NCBI GenBank assembly: GCA_937893495.1
Contig: CALBIE010000591.1
Coordinates: 1 to 47,201, forward strand
Reading direction: 5' to 3'
DNA length: 47,201 nucleotides
Origin: an uncultured Verrucomicrobiales bacterium
Lineage (GTDB): Bacteria; Verrucomicrobiota; Verrucomicrobiia; Limisphaerales; JAYPXF01
Numbering within the stretch: the first letter of the stretch is position 1; every line of letters starts with the position of its first letter. Made by a program: the position numbers and the translations under genes. Of the stretch, positions 36,132-46,531 are shown piece after piece. Under the pieces are notes generated by a model. It saw only the letters and a list, made by a program, of their open reading frames with translations. It was not told where the DNA came from and did no database searches.

Positions 36132-37294
36132 AAATTCTCTTCGTATCCAATCTGTTTCCCGATTCCGACCATCCGGTCTGGGGACAAATCAACGCGACCT
36201 TGCTCCATCATCTGGCGAAGCGTTGCGAGGTACGGGTGCTGGCGTTGCGTTCAACCTTGCCGATGCTGGGCTTTAAGGTCCGGCGATTAAAGCCGCGAGC
36301 GGAGGATGAATTATTGAAACCCGCCTACGCGCCGGTCTGGTACCTCCCGAAAGTTGGCAGCCGCTTCAATCACCGACTAATTGGAGCCGGCGCATTGCCA
36401 GTCCTTAGACGTCTGCGCAAGGAGTTTAATTACGATGTGATTCTCTGTTCCTGGCTGTACCCGGATGTGTGTGGCCTTGCGCGCGTGTTGCCACGATTGG
36501 GTGTCCCGATGGTGGCTATCTCGCAGGGGACGGACGTCCATGTCTATCTGGATATTCCAGTGCGGCGAAAACTCATTGTGGATACGGTTTCCCGATTGCC
36601 CGGCACGATTACGCGCAGCAAAGATCTGGCGAAACGGCTGGTGGATGCTGGCGTGCCGGAAAGCCGATTGCATCCGATTTACAATGGCGTGGATCAGGAA
36701 GTGTTTCAGCCAGGCGATCGTGCGGCGGCCCGACGGGAATTAAAAATTCCAGCGGATGACAAGGTCATTCTCTATGTTGGCAATTTTCTGCCCATCAAAA
36801 ATCCATTGCTTCTGGTAAGGGCGCTCTCGGAGGTAAAGGCGGATTCGCGAACCGCCAATTGTCGGTTGATCATGATTGGCGCCGGGCCTCTGCTGGAAAC
36901 CGCGAAGGCCGAGGCTGCGGCCATGGAGACGTCAGAACAAATCGATTTTGTTGGCCGCAAATCATCTGGCGAAGTAGCACGCTATATGCAGGCGGCAAAT
37001 GTGCTTTGTATTCCGAGCAACAACGAAGGCGTGCCCAATGTCGCCTTTGAAGCGATGGCGTGCGGATTGCCGATTGTCGGAACGAAGGTGGGCGGCATTC
37101 CAGAGGTGGTATGCGAAGATTTTCTGGGTCGCCTCGTAGGCAAAGGGGATCAGGGTGCGCTGACTGTGGCGTTGAAGGATTTGTTGACCGAACCGGCTGA
37201 TTCCCGGCGGATTACCGACTACGCAAGACAGTTCTCTTGGGAAAAGACCGTTGACGCCTATCTCGAGGTTCTGCAACGGGCGGTATCGAGTTAG
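36128..37294 (+). CDS. Glycosyltransferase family 4
   Basis: SNLFP, GTDV, NGVD, EGVPNVAFEAMACG, VGGIPE. Confidence 0.93.
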   Translation: MKILFVSNLFPDSDHPVWGQINATLLHHLAKRCEVRVLALRSTLPMLGFKVRRLKPRAEDELLKPAYAPVWYLPKVGSRFNHRLIGAGALPVLRRLRKEFNYDVILCSWLYPDVCGLARVLPRLGVPMVAISQGTDVHVYLDIPVRRKLIVDTVSRLPGTITRSKDLAKRLVDAGVPESRLHPIYNGVDQEVFQPGDRAAARRELKIPADDKVILYVGNFLPIKNPLLLVRALSEVKADSRTANCRLIMIGAGPLLETAKAEAAAMETSEQIDFVGRKSSGEVARYMQAANVLCIPSNNEGVPNVAFEAMACGLPIVGTKVGGIPEVVCEDFLGRLVGKGDQGALTVALKDLLTEPADSRRITDYARQFSWEKTVDAYLEVLQRAVSS

Positions 37295-37330
37295 AAGTGG
37301 TTTGCGCGGTGTCTGATTTGCCAGCGTCCA

Positions 37331-37359
37331 TTGAGAATCTTGCCTGAAATGATTACAAT
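37331..37359 (+). promoter_or_regulatory. Sigma70-type promoter of the sulfatase gene
   Basis: TTGAGA-17 nt-TACAAT, 9 nt before GTG 37369. Confidence 0.65.
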
Positions 37360-37368
37360 TTTGTCCAC

Positions 37369-39069
37369 GTGAAAAGAGTTTTACTTGTTCTTCTGTTAAC
37401 GGGATTCAGCTTGTCTACGAGTTGGTATCGCCTTGGTGCTGCCGAGCGTCCGAACATCATCCTCGTGCTCGCGGATGATCAGGGCATTGGTGACGTGGGT
37501 GTGCATGGAAATATGCATTTGCGGACGCCGAATCTCGACAAGTTTGCCCAGTTCGGTACGCGATTCACGCGGTTTTATGTCGAGCCGGTCTGTGCGCCGA
37601 CGCGCGCGGCCATCATGACCGGACGCTACTACTATCGGACGGGGGTCATTCATACGTCGAGGGGGGGCGCAAAGATGCACGGCGACGAATTCACGCTGGC
37701 CGAGATGTTGAAGCGTGGTGGATATCGCACGGGAATCTTCGGCAAATGGCACCTCGGCGATAATTATCCCATGCGACCCCAGGATCAGGGCTTTGACGAA
37801 ACGCTTGTCCATCGCTCGGGCGGAATCGGACAGCCACCGGACAAGCCCAATGGCTACTTCAATCCGATCCTGTGGCACAACGGTCGGCGCATCAAAGCGC
37901 AGGGATATTGCACGGACGTTTTCTTCGATGCGGCGCTGGATTACATCGACCGGATGAAAGGCGAACGATTCTTCGTTTATCTGCCCCTCAATGCACCCCA
38001 CACGCCGTTGGAGATCGGTGACCGATACCTGAAAAACTATCGCGCCATGGGCCTCGATGAGACAACCGCGCGGGTTTACGGCATGGTCGAAAACATTGAC
38101 GACAATTTTGGACATCTGCTCGACAGGCTCGACGAATTGGATTTGCGCCGAAACACCGTGCTCATTTTCATGACGGACAACGGCGCGCAGCAGAATCGGT
38201 TCAATGCCGGTTTTCGAGGCCGCAAATCATGGACGTATGAAGGCGGCGTGCGGGTGCCGTTCTTTGTGCAGTGGCCCGAGCAGATGCGACCGGGCAAAAC
38301 TGTTGATCGTGTAGCCGCGCACATTGACTTGATGCCGACTTTTGCGGAACTGGCTGGAATCGAGTTCGGTCAAGCCCCCGCTTTTGATGGACGCAGTCTG
38401 GTTCCGTTGATGATGGGCAGCAGTTCAAAGTGGTCTGATCGAATGGTTTTTCTGCAATGTCATCGTGGGTTGACGCCAAAGGCATTCCAGAACAGCGCGG
38501 TAGTGACGCAGCGTTACAAGCTGGTTGGTCATCCGGGAACTTTCGGGAAAGAGGACTTGAATCAGGGAGGGGAGCCAGAGCTTGAACTGTACGATCTGGA
38601 AAATGATCCAGGCGAGGCAAAGGATTTGGCGAAGAGCCAACCCCAAGTCACCAGTCACTTGCGGGCGGGTTATGAGCAGTGGTTCGCCAATATGCGCGCG
38701 GCGCGGAATTTTCGGCCCGGGGTTATTCACCTTGGCAACGCGCGGGAGCCGGCGGCGACACTGTGCCGTTATCAGGATTCTACTTTTGTGGACGGCAAAC
38801 CCACCGGTTGGCCGGTGAAAATCGAGAAAGGGGGTCGCTATCGCATTGTGGTCAAACGTAGCGACTCAGATGCATCGGGCCGGTTGTTCGTGAAGTGGCT
38901 TGGCAAAGTGCAGTCGCGTCCCCTGTTGTTCGGCGGCAGTTCCGCAACTGTTCGTCTCGATGCTGGTAGTGGTGAAGTTGACATCTGGCTTCAGGAAGAT
39001 GGCAAGCCGAGATTCGTGATATCCGACAACAGCCCTCTTGGTGACGTGGCGATTCAATTGCTCGACTGA
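37369..39069 (+). CDS. Secreted arylsulfatase (S1, Cys-type)
   Basis: Signal peptide; PNIILVLADDQG, CAPTRA (CxPxR), GKWHLG, APH, TDNG, YEGGVRVP. Confidence 0.95.
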   Translation: MKRVLLVLLLTGFSLSTSWYRLGAAERPNIILVLADDQGIGDVGVHGNMHLRTPNLDKFAQFGTRFTRFYVEPVCAPTRAAIMTGRYYYRTGVIHTSRGGAKMHGDEFTLAEMLKRGGYRTGIFGKWHLGDNYPMRPQDQGFDETLVHRSGGIGQPPDKPNGYFNPILWHNGRRIKAQGYCTDVFFDAALDYIDRMKGERFFVYLPLNAPHTPLEIGDRYLKNYRAMGLDETTARVYGMVENIDDNFGHLLDRLDELDLRRNTVLIFMTDNGAQQNRFNAGFRGRKSWTYEGGVRVPFFVQWPEQMRPGKTVDRVAAHIDLMPTFAELAGIEFGQAPAFDGRSLVPLMMGSSSKWSDRMVFLQCHRGLTPKAFQNSAVVTQRYKLVGHPGTFGKEDLNQGGEPELELYDLENDPGEAKDLAKSQPQVTSHLRAGYEQWFANMRAARNFRPGVIHLGNAREPAATLCRYQDSTFVDGKPTGWPVKIEKGGRYRIVVKRSDSDASGRLFVKWLGKVQSRPLLFGGSSATVRLDAGSGEVDIWLQEDGKPRFVISDNSPLGDVAIQLLD

Positions 39070-39107
39070 GCGGGGACGACATTCGTGTTTGGGCCGTTAC
39101 CGTATAT

Positions 39108-40268
39108 TTAAAAGTTGAGCATACTGAGCCCTGCACCGATCGCTGCGAACGATAATACCAGGACGAGAATGGGTGGACGTTTCCAGTGGATGAGGGCGAA
39201 GCCGCCGATTGCAATTCCAAAATCGATCCAATCACTAACCGCACTTACGAAAACAGGTTGGTAGAGCGCTGCCGCGAGAAGTCCTACGACGGCCGCATTA
39301 ATACCCGCGGCGGCTCCGGCGATCTTCGGTTGCGTAGCGAATTGTTCCCAGGCTCCCCGCAATCCGAGCAGCAGCAGGAATCCGGGAAGAAAGATTCCGA
39401 TTGTCGCGATCGTTGCGCCGGCCAAAGAGTTGCCCGGCGTCAGTTCCGCGCCAAGATAGGTTGCCAGCGTGAACATGGGTCCAGGAATTCCCTGTGCACC
39501 GGCATATCCGAGGAGAAATCGATCGGGCGTAACGGCATTTCCAAGTTCGCCTTGAAGTAATGGCAACACGACATGGCCGCCGCCAAACACCAGGCTTCCG
39601 GTCTGATAGAACTGGTTGAATGTCTTCAGAGTATCCGAGTGGATTGCCAGAACCGGCAGTCCGATTAATAGAAATGAGAATGCCACAAGAGGCAGTAACG
39701 CAATGCGACCATCGCTTGAAATTGCCGTGGTGTTTGGACGAATCTGCCAGGCACCAATCAGGGCTGCGATTCCCAGTGCCGTGAATTGGGCGGTCATTCC
39801 GGGAAGAATGATTTGTCCGGAAACCGTCGCCGCAAACAACACGATGGGCAGTGCCGATTTGCAGAAGCTGCGGAACATGCCGAGCGTGGCGGTCGCCACC
39901 ACGACTACGGCGAGCAGTTTTAGACCATGAACCGTACCTTGAAAAATGTCGCTCCCGGCAACCGATCCACTCACGACGGCCAGTGCGTACATCAGGACGA
40001 ATGATGGAAGAGTGAATCCGATGAATGCCGCCATACCGCCGAACACGCCCGCCCGGTGACAACCGATGCCGAAGCCGACCTGACTTGATCCGGGTCCGGG
40101 CAGGAATTGACTCAAAGCGATCAGGCGCGCGTAGCCGACGTCATCAAGCCAGTGCAGCTTATCGACGAAGACCGTCCGAAAGTAACCCAGATGCGCAGCC
40201 GGTCCGCCAAAGCTGGTGCAGCCCAACACCAGAAAACGCCAGAATATCTCGGCCACGCTGTGCATCAA
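39108..40268 (-). CDS. chrA: Chromate efflux transporter
   Basis: SFGGPAAH, QFLPGPGSSQ, VFGGGHVVLP, PGPMFT; two homologous halves. Confidence 0.93.
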   Translation of the reverse strand: MMHSVAEIFWRFLVLGCTSFGGPAAHLGYFRTVFVDKLHWLDDVGYARLIALSQFLPGPGSSQVGFGIGCHRAGVFGGMAAFIGFTLPSFVLMYALAVVSGSVAGSDIFQGTVHGLKLLAVVVVATATLGMFRSFCKSALPIVLFAATVSGQIILPGMTAQFTALGIAALIGAWQIRPNTTAISSDGRIALLPLVAFSFLLIGLPVLAIHSDTLKTFNQFYQTGSLVFGGGHVVLPLLQGELGNAVTPDRFLLGYAGAQGIPGPMFTLATYLGAELTPGNSLAGATIATIGIFLPGFLLLLGLRGAWEQFATQPKIAGAAAGINAAVVGLLAAALYQPVFVSAVSDWIDFGIAIGGFALIHWKRPPILVLVLSFAAIGAGLSMLNF

Positions 40269-40422
40269 TGTCAGGTCGAAGAATAATGACTGTCGCGGAA
40301 GTTGCCACGCTTGATCTCGCGACTCAGAATCAATGGCGGGTTCTTTTTTTCTACCTCGCCGTCTGCATGCCGGGTTGTTCGAGGTAAGCCATCAGTAAAA
40401 AAGTTTTCCCGTATTCTCCGCG

Positions 40423-40857
40423 TTACTCCCGATCGTCCGTGCTCTCAGTCCACAAGTCCGTGCTGTTCCGCAACTTATCGAGTAACCGCGCGTCGGCGGC
40501 GGGGAATTCGTAATCTCCCAACTGTTCCCGGGTAATCCACGCTAAATCCTGGCAGTCGTGTGGTTGTGGTTCGTTACTGATCCACTCGCACTGAAAGAAT
40601 TTCAGGTGAACAGACTTTTCCGGGTAGTCGTGGATAATGGACTCGACGATGTTCCCGACGCGAACTTCAATGCCCAGTTCTTCGTTGAGTTCGCGGACGA
40701 GTGCCTGCTCAAACGACTCGCCCGGCTCGACTTTTCCCCCGGGGAATTCCCACAACCCGCCCAGATGGGCATCGTCGTGGCGTTGGGCGATCAACACTCG
40801 GCCAGCGCGAAAGACGAGACCGGCGGCGACATCAATTGTTTGGTGAACTTCGGGCAT
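40423..40857 (-). CDS. mutT: 8-oxo-dGTP diphosphatase (Nudix)
   Basis: HLGGLWEFPGGKVEPGESFEQALVRELNEELG; FPAAD. Confidence 0.9.
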   Translation of the reverse strand: MPEVHQTIDVAAGLVFRAGRVLIAQRHDDAHLGGLWEFPGGKVEPGESFEQALVRELNEELGIEVRVGNIVESIIHDYPEKSVHLKFFQCEWISNEPQPHDCQDLAWITREQLGDYEFPAADARLLDKLRNSTDLWTESTDDRE

Positions 40858-40916
40858 GGCGGTTCTGAAGTGCGCCGACTTGATTGCACCGCAGTTTACG
40901 AAAATCGGCCGGGCAT

Positions 40917-42221
40917 CTACCGTCCAACACTTTTATAGATGAAGCCGAGTTCCTCCATCCGCTTCGGGTCGAACAGATTCCTGCCGTCGAAGAGGATGGG
41001 ATGCGAAAGGTCCTTGCGCGCTTTTTCAAGGTCGAGTTCCTTGAACTCCGGCCATTCGGTCGCGATGATGATGGCATCGCAGCCTTCACCGATGGCGTTC
41101 ATGTCATCGACGTAGGTTACCTGAGCTCCGGCGGGCAGAAAGTCTTTCGCCTTTTCCATCGCCTTGGGATCGTAAACACGCAACTCCGCGCCCTCCTTGA
41201 CCAGTCGCTGACACAACTCGATGGCGGGTGACATCCGGACGTCGTCGGTGTTCTGCTTGAAGGCCAGGCCCAGCACACCGAGTTTTTTCTCCTTCAATAC
41301 CCAGATTGTTTCTTCAATCTTCTTGATGAAGCGGTCCATCTGCCCGGCATTGATGTGCTGCACTTCTTTGAGCAGGTCAAATTTGTAACCCAGCTGCTCG
41401 GCGATCTTGATGAAGGCACTGAGGTCTTTGGGAAAACAACTGCCACCGAAGCCAAGGCCGGCATTGAGAAAACGTCGGCCAATGCGATCGTCCAATCCGA
41501 TACCGGTCGCGACTTCCTCGACGTTGGCCCCGGAGGCTTCGCAGACAATCGACACCGCGTTGATGTAGGAAATTTTGAGCGCGAGAAACGAATTGGCTGC
41601 GTGCTTGATCAGTTCCGCCGAATTGATATCGGTGATGATGATGGGGGCCTTGAACGGCTCGTAAACTTCGCGCATGGCCCGCACCGGACGTTCCGAGGTG
41701 GTGCCGACGACAACGCGATCCGGGTTCATCAAATCTTCGACGGCAAAACCTTCGCGCAGAAATTCCGGATTGCTGACCACGTCAAAATCGACGTTGCCTT
41801 TGTTGTAGCGCTTAATCGTCTCGGCAACCTTCTCACCCGTCTTGACCGGCACCGTGCTCTTGTCCACGACAATCTTGTACTCCGTCATGGCGTCGGCGAT
41901 TTCCCGCGCGACCTTTTCAATAAAACTGAGATCCACCGACCCGTCGTCCTGCGGAGGGGTAGGAACAGCAATGAAAATAATATCGGAATTTTTGACGCCA
42001 TCGGACGTACTGGCGGTGAATTTCAGGCGACCTTCGCTGACATTCTTTTTGACCATTTCCTCGAGGCCCGGTTCGTAAATCGGGATGCCCCCGGCCTGCA
42101 ACATCTTGACCTTGTCGATGTTGTTATCAACGCAGGTGACCTGATGGCCCACTTCGGCGAAGCAGGTTCCCGTGACCAATCCGACGTAGCCGGTGCCGAT
42201 AATTGTAATTCTAGATGCCAT
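40917..42221 (-). CDS. ugd: UDP-glucose 6-dehydrogenase
   Basis: GTGYVG, PIYEPGL, KSTVP, NPEFLREG, GFGGSCFPKD, FKQNTDD, DGRN. Confidence 0.95.
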   Translation of the reverse strand: MASRITIIGTGYVGLVTGTCFAEVGHQVTCVDNNIDKVKMLQAGGIPIYEPGLEEMVKKNVSEGRLKFTASTSDGVKNSDIIFIAVPTPPQDDGSVDLSFIEKVAREIADAMTEYKIVVDKSTVPVKTGEKVAETIKRYNKGNVDFDVVSNPEFLREGFAVEDLMNPDRVVVGTTSERPVRAMREVYEPFKAPIIITDINSAELIKHAANSFLALKISYINAVSIVCEASGANVEEVATGIGLDDRIGRRFLNAGLGFGGSCFPKDLSAFIKIAEQLGYKFDLLKEVQHINAGQMDRFIKKIEETIWVLKEKKLGVLGLAFKQNTDDVRMSPAIELCQRLVKEGAELRVYDPKAMEKAKDFLPAGAQVTYVDDMNAIGEGCDAIIIATEWPEFKELDLEKARKDLSHPILFDGRNLFDPKRMEELGFIYKSVGR

Positions 42222-42376
42222 TTGAATCGGGAATGAAAGTGCCTTTCCGATGCGAAAGGATCAAGCCTCGTTCGCGGTTGGTTACGCGAGTAACCGGGGA
42301 GATGCTGATGAGGACGATGAGTGAAGTTCCGGCAAATTCCACCAGAGCCCCCTTCGTGAACGGGGCGTTCATTCCG

Positions 42377-43147
42377 TCACTTACGGGCCGCCGGATTCGT
42401 GTTCGGGCTGGGAGCCGCGTTCGTCAAGTTGATCAAAGGTGTCGGAATGGCAGGCAGCGCAGCCGGGCTGCCGGGCGTGAGTTGGGGATTGCGGCTGAGC
42501 AGTTCTTCGCGGCGCATTGAGGCTTCGGTTCGCCAGATGGTCGGGGGATTGGCACGGATCAATTCGTCGTAATATTTCAATGCCTTGTCCGGTTGCCGCT
42601 TGGATTCATAGAGCAGAGAGACTGCGATCTTCGCCTGGTTCGCTTCGGAAACTCCCGGATGCGACGTGATGATCTGCTCGTAGCCGCTGATGGCCGGATC
42701 GATCTGGTTTTGCGCATCGAGGCAGGCGGCGACGCCGAGCCGGGCGACGGCGGTTTTGTCGCTGGTCGGATACTTCGACATGAATTCCTCAAAACGCGTC
42801 TTGGCTTCCGGGTATTTGTTCTCGGAAAATAACTGCCCGGCCGCCAGCAACATGGCTCGCTCCGCAACGCTGGTGCTTTGGTATTGTTGCGCAATCTTCA
42901 GGTATTCGGTGGCTGCGACTTTGATTTCGGCCCCATCCCCCCTTGGCTGATTCAGGACGAATATCGCGGCATTCGCGTTGGCTTCCTTCCGGGCCTGCAG
43001 GTGGTCCTGAGTATAAACGGCGAAAATAATTACGAGCAAACCAAGGCCCGCAAAGCCGGTCTCCGTCTTATGGGTATCCAACCAACCCAATAAATTCAGC
43101 CAGACGAGTGACTCGTGTTTTTCTTCCGTATTTTCCGGTTCGGCCAT
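42377..43147 (-). CDS. TPR protein with N-terminal TM anchor (YfgM-like)
   Basis: One TM helix followed by TPR-like repeats (YPEAKTRFEEFMSKYP, AISGYEQIITSHP). Start at MAEPEN. Confidence 0.8.
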   Translation of the reverse strand: MAEPENTEEKHESLVWLNLLGWLDTHKTETGFAGLGLLVIIFAVYTQDHLQARKEANANAAIFVLNQPRGDGAEIKVAATEYLKIAQQYQSTSVAERAMLLAAGQLFSENKYPEAKTRFEEFMSKYPTSDKTAVARLGVAACLDAQNQIDPAISGYEQIITSHPGVSEANQAKIAVSLLYESKRQPDKALKYYDELIRANPPTIWRTEASMRREELLSRNPQLTPGSPAALPAIPTPLINLTNAAPSPNTNPAARK

Positions 43148-43710
43148 AAGAGGGGGCAGATCATTAGGTTGGTCGGCGAAAACGCAAGCCCGAAATCGGA
43201 GATTTGCGGGGAATCCCTGCGAATCGGTCGAAGACACTGCTCCGTGCGTAAGCGCCAGCAGTAGATATCCGGCGGCGGTATTGTGCGGCTACGGTCTCTC
43301 CAGTTGTCGCGATGTCGTTCGAATACTGGGGTTGCTGTTCGTTGTGCCGGAGAGCGATCCGGTGAACATGATGGCGATGTTACTCAAATCCTGTAGAATT
43401 TGAATTTGAACGAAGTTGACCCAACTCGAACCCAGATTCGAACTATCGCCGGCGGAAGTGAAACCAATACCGACTGCCTGAGTTCGAAGCAGGTGATCGC
43501 CGTCTGAACGCTTGGTCGTCGCAAGGGATATATCGGTTTTCAGCTCTCGGGTTCCTTGATTATAGAGATATTCCCTTGCGATAGACGGGTTAAACACCGC
43601 CAAAAATGATTGGTCATCAGGATGGGTTTTCAGTTTACTCGACCCTTGCCCGGAACCGGGACAAACTCTGGTTTGGAAGGTTATGTGGCGAAAGTGTCAC
43701 CGCAAATTCG

Positions 43711-44904
43711 ATGAATCAGGAACGCATCTACTATTTTGACAACAACGCCACGACTCGCGTCGCGCCGGAGGTGTTGGAGTCAATGATGCCATTCCTGACC
43801 GAGCATTGGGGCAACGCGTCTTCCGCCTATCGCTTCGGCAATCACGTCGCTCGTGAAATCAAGGTTGCCCGAGCCAAGGTCGCATCCTTGATCAATGCCG
43901 ACCCGAACGAAGTCATCTTTACTGGTTGCGGGACGGAGAGCAACAACGCCGCCTGGCAGAGTGCGCTGCTCACCCAACCGGACAAGCGCCACATTCTCAC
44001 CACGTCGGTGGAGCATTCCGCCAACATGAAGTTTGGTGAAGAGCTGCGTCGGCGGGGTTACGAAGTTACGTTTCTTCCGGTCGAGTCCGACGGCTCGCTG
44101 GACATTCACCTGCTGGAGAAAAGTATTCGACCCGACACTGCCCTGGCGTCAGTCATGTTTGCGAATAATGAGACGGGGGTGTTGTTTCCGATCGACGAAA
44201 TCTCGGCTATCTGCCGTTCGCGCGGGGCGCTCTTTCACACCGATGCCGTGCAGGTCGCCGGCAAGTTGCCGATCGACGTCAGAGATTCGCGCATCGATTA
44301 CCTGTCACTTTCCGCGCACAAGTTGCATGCGCCCAAGGGTATTGGCGTGTTGTTCGTCCGCAAGGGGGCTCCGTTTACTCCGTACCTGGTCGGAGGCGGG
44401 CAGGAAAAGGGGCGTCGCGGTGGAACGGAGAATGTTCCCTACATCGTTGGCTTCGGCCGCGCGGCGGAACTGGCGATTGAATCTCTACCGGTCGAGCGCA
44501 ATGAAGTGCGCAAGTTACGCAATCATCTTGAAGAAACGATTCTGGTGACCATTCCCCGGACCAGTCGCAACGGCGCGCGCGCAAATCGTCTGCCGAATAC
44601 CTGCAACCTCGCGTTCGAGGGGGTCGAGGCGGAAGCCGTTTTGCTCCTGCTGGATCAAGCCGGCATCTGCGCTTCGAGCGGTTCGGCCTGCAAAACGGGA
44701 TCGCTCGAGCCTTCACATGTCCTGACGGCGATGGGATTACCGGCGACACTTTCCCGGGCTTCGATTCGGTTCAGTCTCGGCATTTACAACACTGCGGAAG
44801 AAGTGGAGCACGTGCTTCGCGAACTGCCGCTGATCATCTCTCGCCTCCGCGCTGCCGATCAACCTGTCGCCGCCGATCGGGAAGCAGCGGGCGTGACCGC
44901 CTAG
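43711..44904 (+). CDS. Cysteine desulfurase (NifS/IscS type)
   Basis: YFDNNATT, NNETG, HTDAVQ, SAHKLHAPKG, RGGTEN, SSGSAC, PSHVL. Confidence 0.95.
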   Translation: MNQERIYYFDNNATTRVAPEVLESMMPFLTEHWGNASSAYRFGNHVAREIKVARAKVASLINADPNEVIFTGCGTESNNAAWQSALLTQPDKRHILTTSVEHSANMKFGEELRRRGYEVTFLPVESDGSLDIHLLEKSIRPDTALASVMFANNETGVLFPIDEISAICRSRGALFHTDAVQVAGKLPIDVRDSRIDYLSLSAHKLHAPKGIGVLFVRKGAPFTPYLVGGGQEKGRRGGTENVPYIVGFGRAAELAIESLPVERNEVRKLRNHLEETILVTIPRTSRNGARANRLPNTCNLAFEGVEAEAVLLLLDQAGICASSGSACKTGSLEPSHVLTAMGLPATLSRASIRFSLGIYNTAEEVEHVLRELPLIISRLRAADQPVAADREAAGVTA

Positions 44905-44947
44905 CGCTTGTCTTCCGAGCATCCCGTGCCATCCTGAGGCCCTCGCC

Positions 44948-46273
44948 ATGGCGATTCGCATACTCATCGGTCTGTTCGTGCTGTTACTGGTCTGCTTCTA
45001 TCTCGGCTACGGCCTGGCTGATCGGCGATCCGATCGGGTGCTGACCGTGCAGCGGCAGTTATGGGAGGACGAATTGAGCCAGCGGACCGCCGGTCTGAAA
45101 ACCGCACTCGAACGAGCCCGAACTGAATCCGTCCCGGTAAAACTGCCATCGCCTTCGGAATTTGAAACCGGACTTTCACCCGTTTTACCGTCTCCGGCGG
45201 AGGCTCTCGATGAACTCTTGAGAATCAGGATGCCCGAAGGTGAGGCGCGCCGGCAAGTGACGCGGAGAGTTGTATTCCTGCTGGAAACGTTAGCGGTTCA
45301 TCGGGAGAAATCCCTTCCGCTGATCGAGGCCTTTCTGTCTCTCAATCAGGATGTGGAGTATGCGCCGCCGGCAACCGGCCGTCTTCCCTTGCGCGATCGC
45401 GCGGGACCAAACCGGCGAGGAGCAGGACGGGGCTTGCCCTCCCAATCCGATCAGCGCGGGCCGTTGCTCGCGACGGAGTTTGTATTGCCGCCTTCACTGC
45501 GGCTGGGCCTGTTCTCTGTGGTGCGGGACATCGCGCTGCCGGCATCGGAGACAATCCTGGCCGAAGCCGTTGGCCGAGCCGGGCGGGGAGTCGAATTAGC
45601 GGTGCTGGCAGACCATCTTGAGGATCTCGCGCCCGGGCGGCATCGCGAGCCCATTCTGTCTGCCGTGCGTGAATTGCTCTCCCATCCGCTGGACATCAAC
45701 AGCCCGACGCGGCTTGACGATTTGTCGCGCGGTTACCTCTTCGCCGTACTCGAACGATTCGGCGACCGGGGGTATCGTGACGAAGCATTGAAGCAAGTCC
45801 TCGGTGAGGAGAATCGAATGATCCCGGCCGTTGTCCGCTATCTTGTTTCCCTGGTTGGCGAGGAGGCTCTTCCCGGCCTGGTCAAAATATATCGCGAAGC
45901 GACTATTCCTGATCGCTGGGATCGCCTCGTCCTGGGCATGGAGATCCTCCAGTTTTCCGGTAAAAACGGCAGTGCCGATGAACTATTTGGGATGATCGCC
46001 GCCAATGACGGTGATGCGGCAGCTCGCGCGTTGCTCGTTTGCTCCCTCGTCGGCGGCGAAGTGGGGCCTTACCAGTTGAAAACAATCGACGACGCGGCGG
46101 TTATTGCCAGACGCCTTGGGCTGGTCGAAGCGGCGCTGAAGCAGGTCGATACGCCGCAGATGGTTGAGGCATTGGAGCATACCCGGTCGAATCTCAAGAA
46201 CCTGCTCGCTGGCAAGGAGCCGGTGGCATTTGTCCCGCTGCGCAATCGACCACGACGTTCCCTCGCCCCGTAG
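44948..46273 (+). CDS. Hypothetical membrane-anchored alpha-helical protein
   Basis: N-terminal TM helix, coiled coil, Leu/Ala/Glu-rich helical body. Confidence 0.7.
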   Translation: MAIRILIGLFVLLLVCFYLGYGLADRRSDRVLTVQRQLWEDELSQRTAGLKTALERARTESVPVKLPSPSEFETGLSPVLPSPAEALDELLRIRMPEGEARRQVTRRVVFLLETLAVHREKSLPLIEAFLSLNQDVEYAPPATGRLPLRDRAGPNRRGAGRGLPSQSDQRGPLLATEFVLPPSLRLGLFSVVRDIALPASETILAEAVGRAGRGVELAVLADHLEDLAPGRHREPILSAVRELLSHPLDINSPTRLDDLSRGYLFAVLERFGDRGYRDEALKQVLGEENRMIPAVVRYLVSLVGEEALPGLVKIYREATIPDRWDRLVLGMEILQFSGKNGSADELFGMIAANDGDAAARALLVCSLVGGEVGPYQLKTIDDAAVIARRLGLVEAALKQVDTPQMVEALEHTRSNLKNLLAGKEPVAFVPLRNRPRRSLAP

Positions 46274-46386
46274 CGCAGGCTTCCAGCCTGTATGAGGCGT
46301 TCGCCAGACCCGGACAGCCGAGGGTAATCGGACGCATGATTTGGCAATTGGCGCGGATCTGCAGGCGAAACGCCTGCGCTACGGGG
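46266..46386. repeat. GTAG-type REP doublet
   Basis: CCCC-GTAGCGCAGGCTTCCAGCCTG ... GCAGGCGAAACGCCTGCGCTAC-GGGG as an inverted pair. Confidence 0.85.
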
Positions 46387-46531
46387 GCAGCCCGGATGTG
46401 CCGGTGGCGTCCATTCGGGAACTTTCCCGTTGACAGCTCTACCGCCTGACGCTGTCATTCCCGCCGTTTTCCGGCTCTCTGCCCGCAACAGGGAGTCTTG
46501 TCGTCTCGATTTCGGGACGGTCACGAAAGAC

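Noticed and set aside
41355-42236. 293-aa plus-strand ORF
   Set aside because: Antisense shadow of ugd.
42241-42330. CTGATGAG and GAAA words suggesting a hammerhead ribozyme
   Set aside because: Stems I and II cannot be paired in the permutations I tried; only isolated hairpins such as GGTTAC-GCGA-GTAACC remain.
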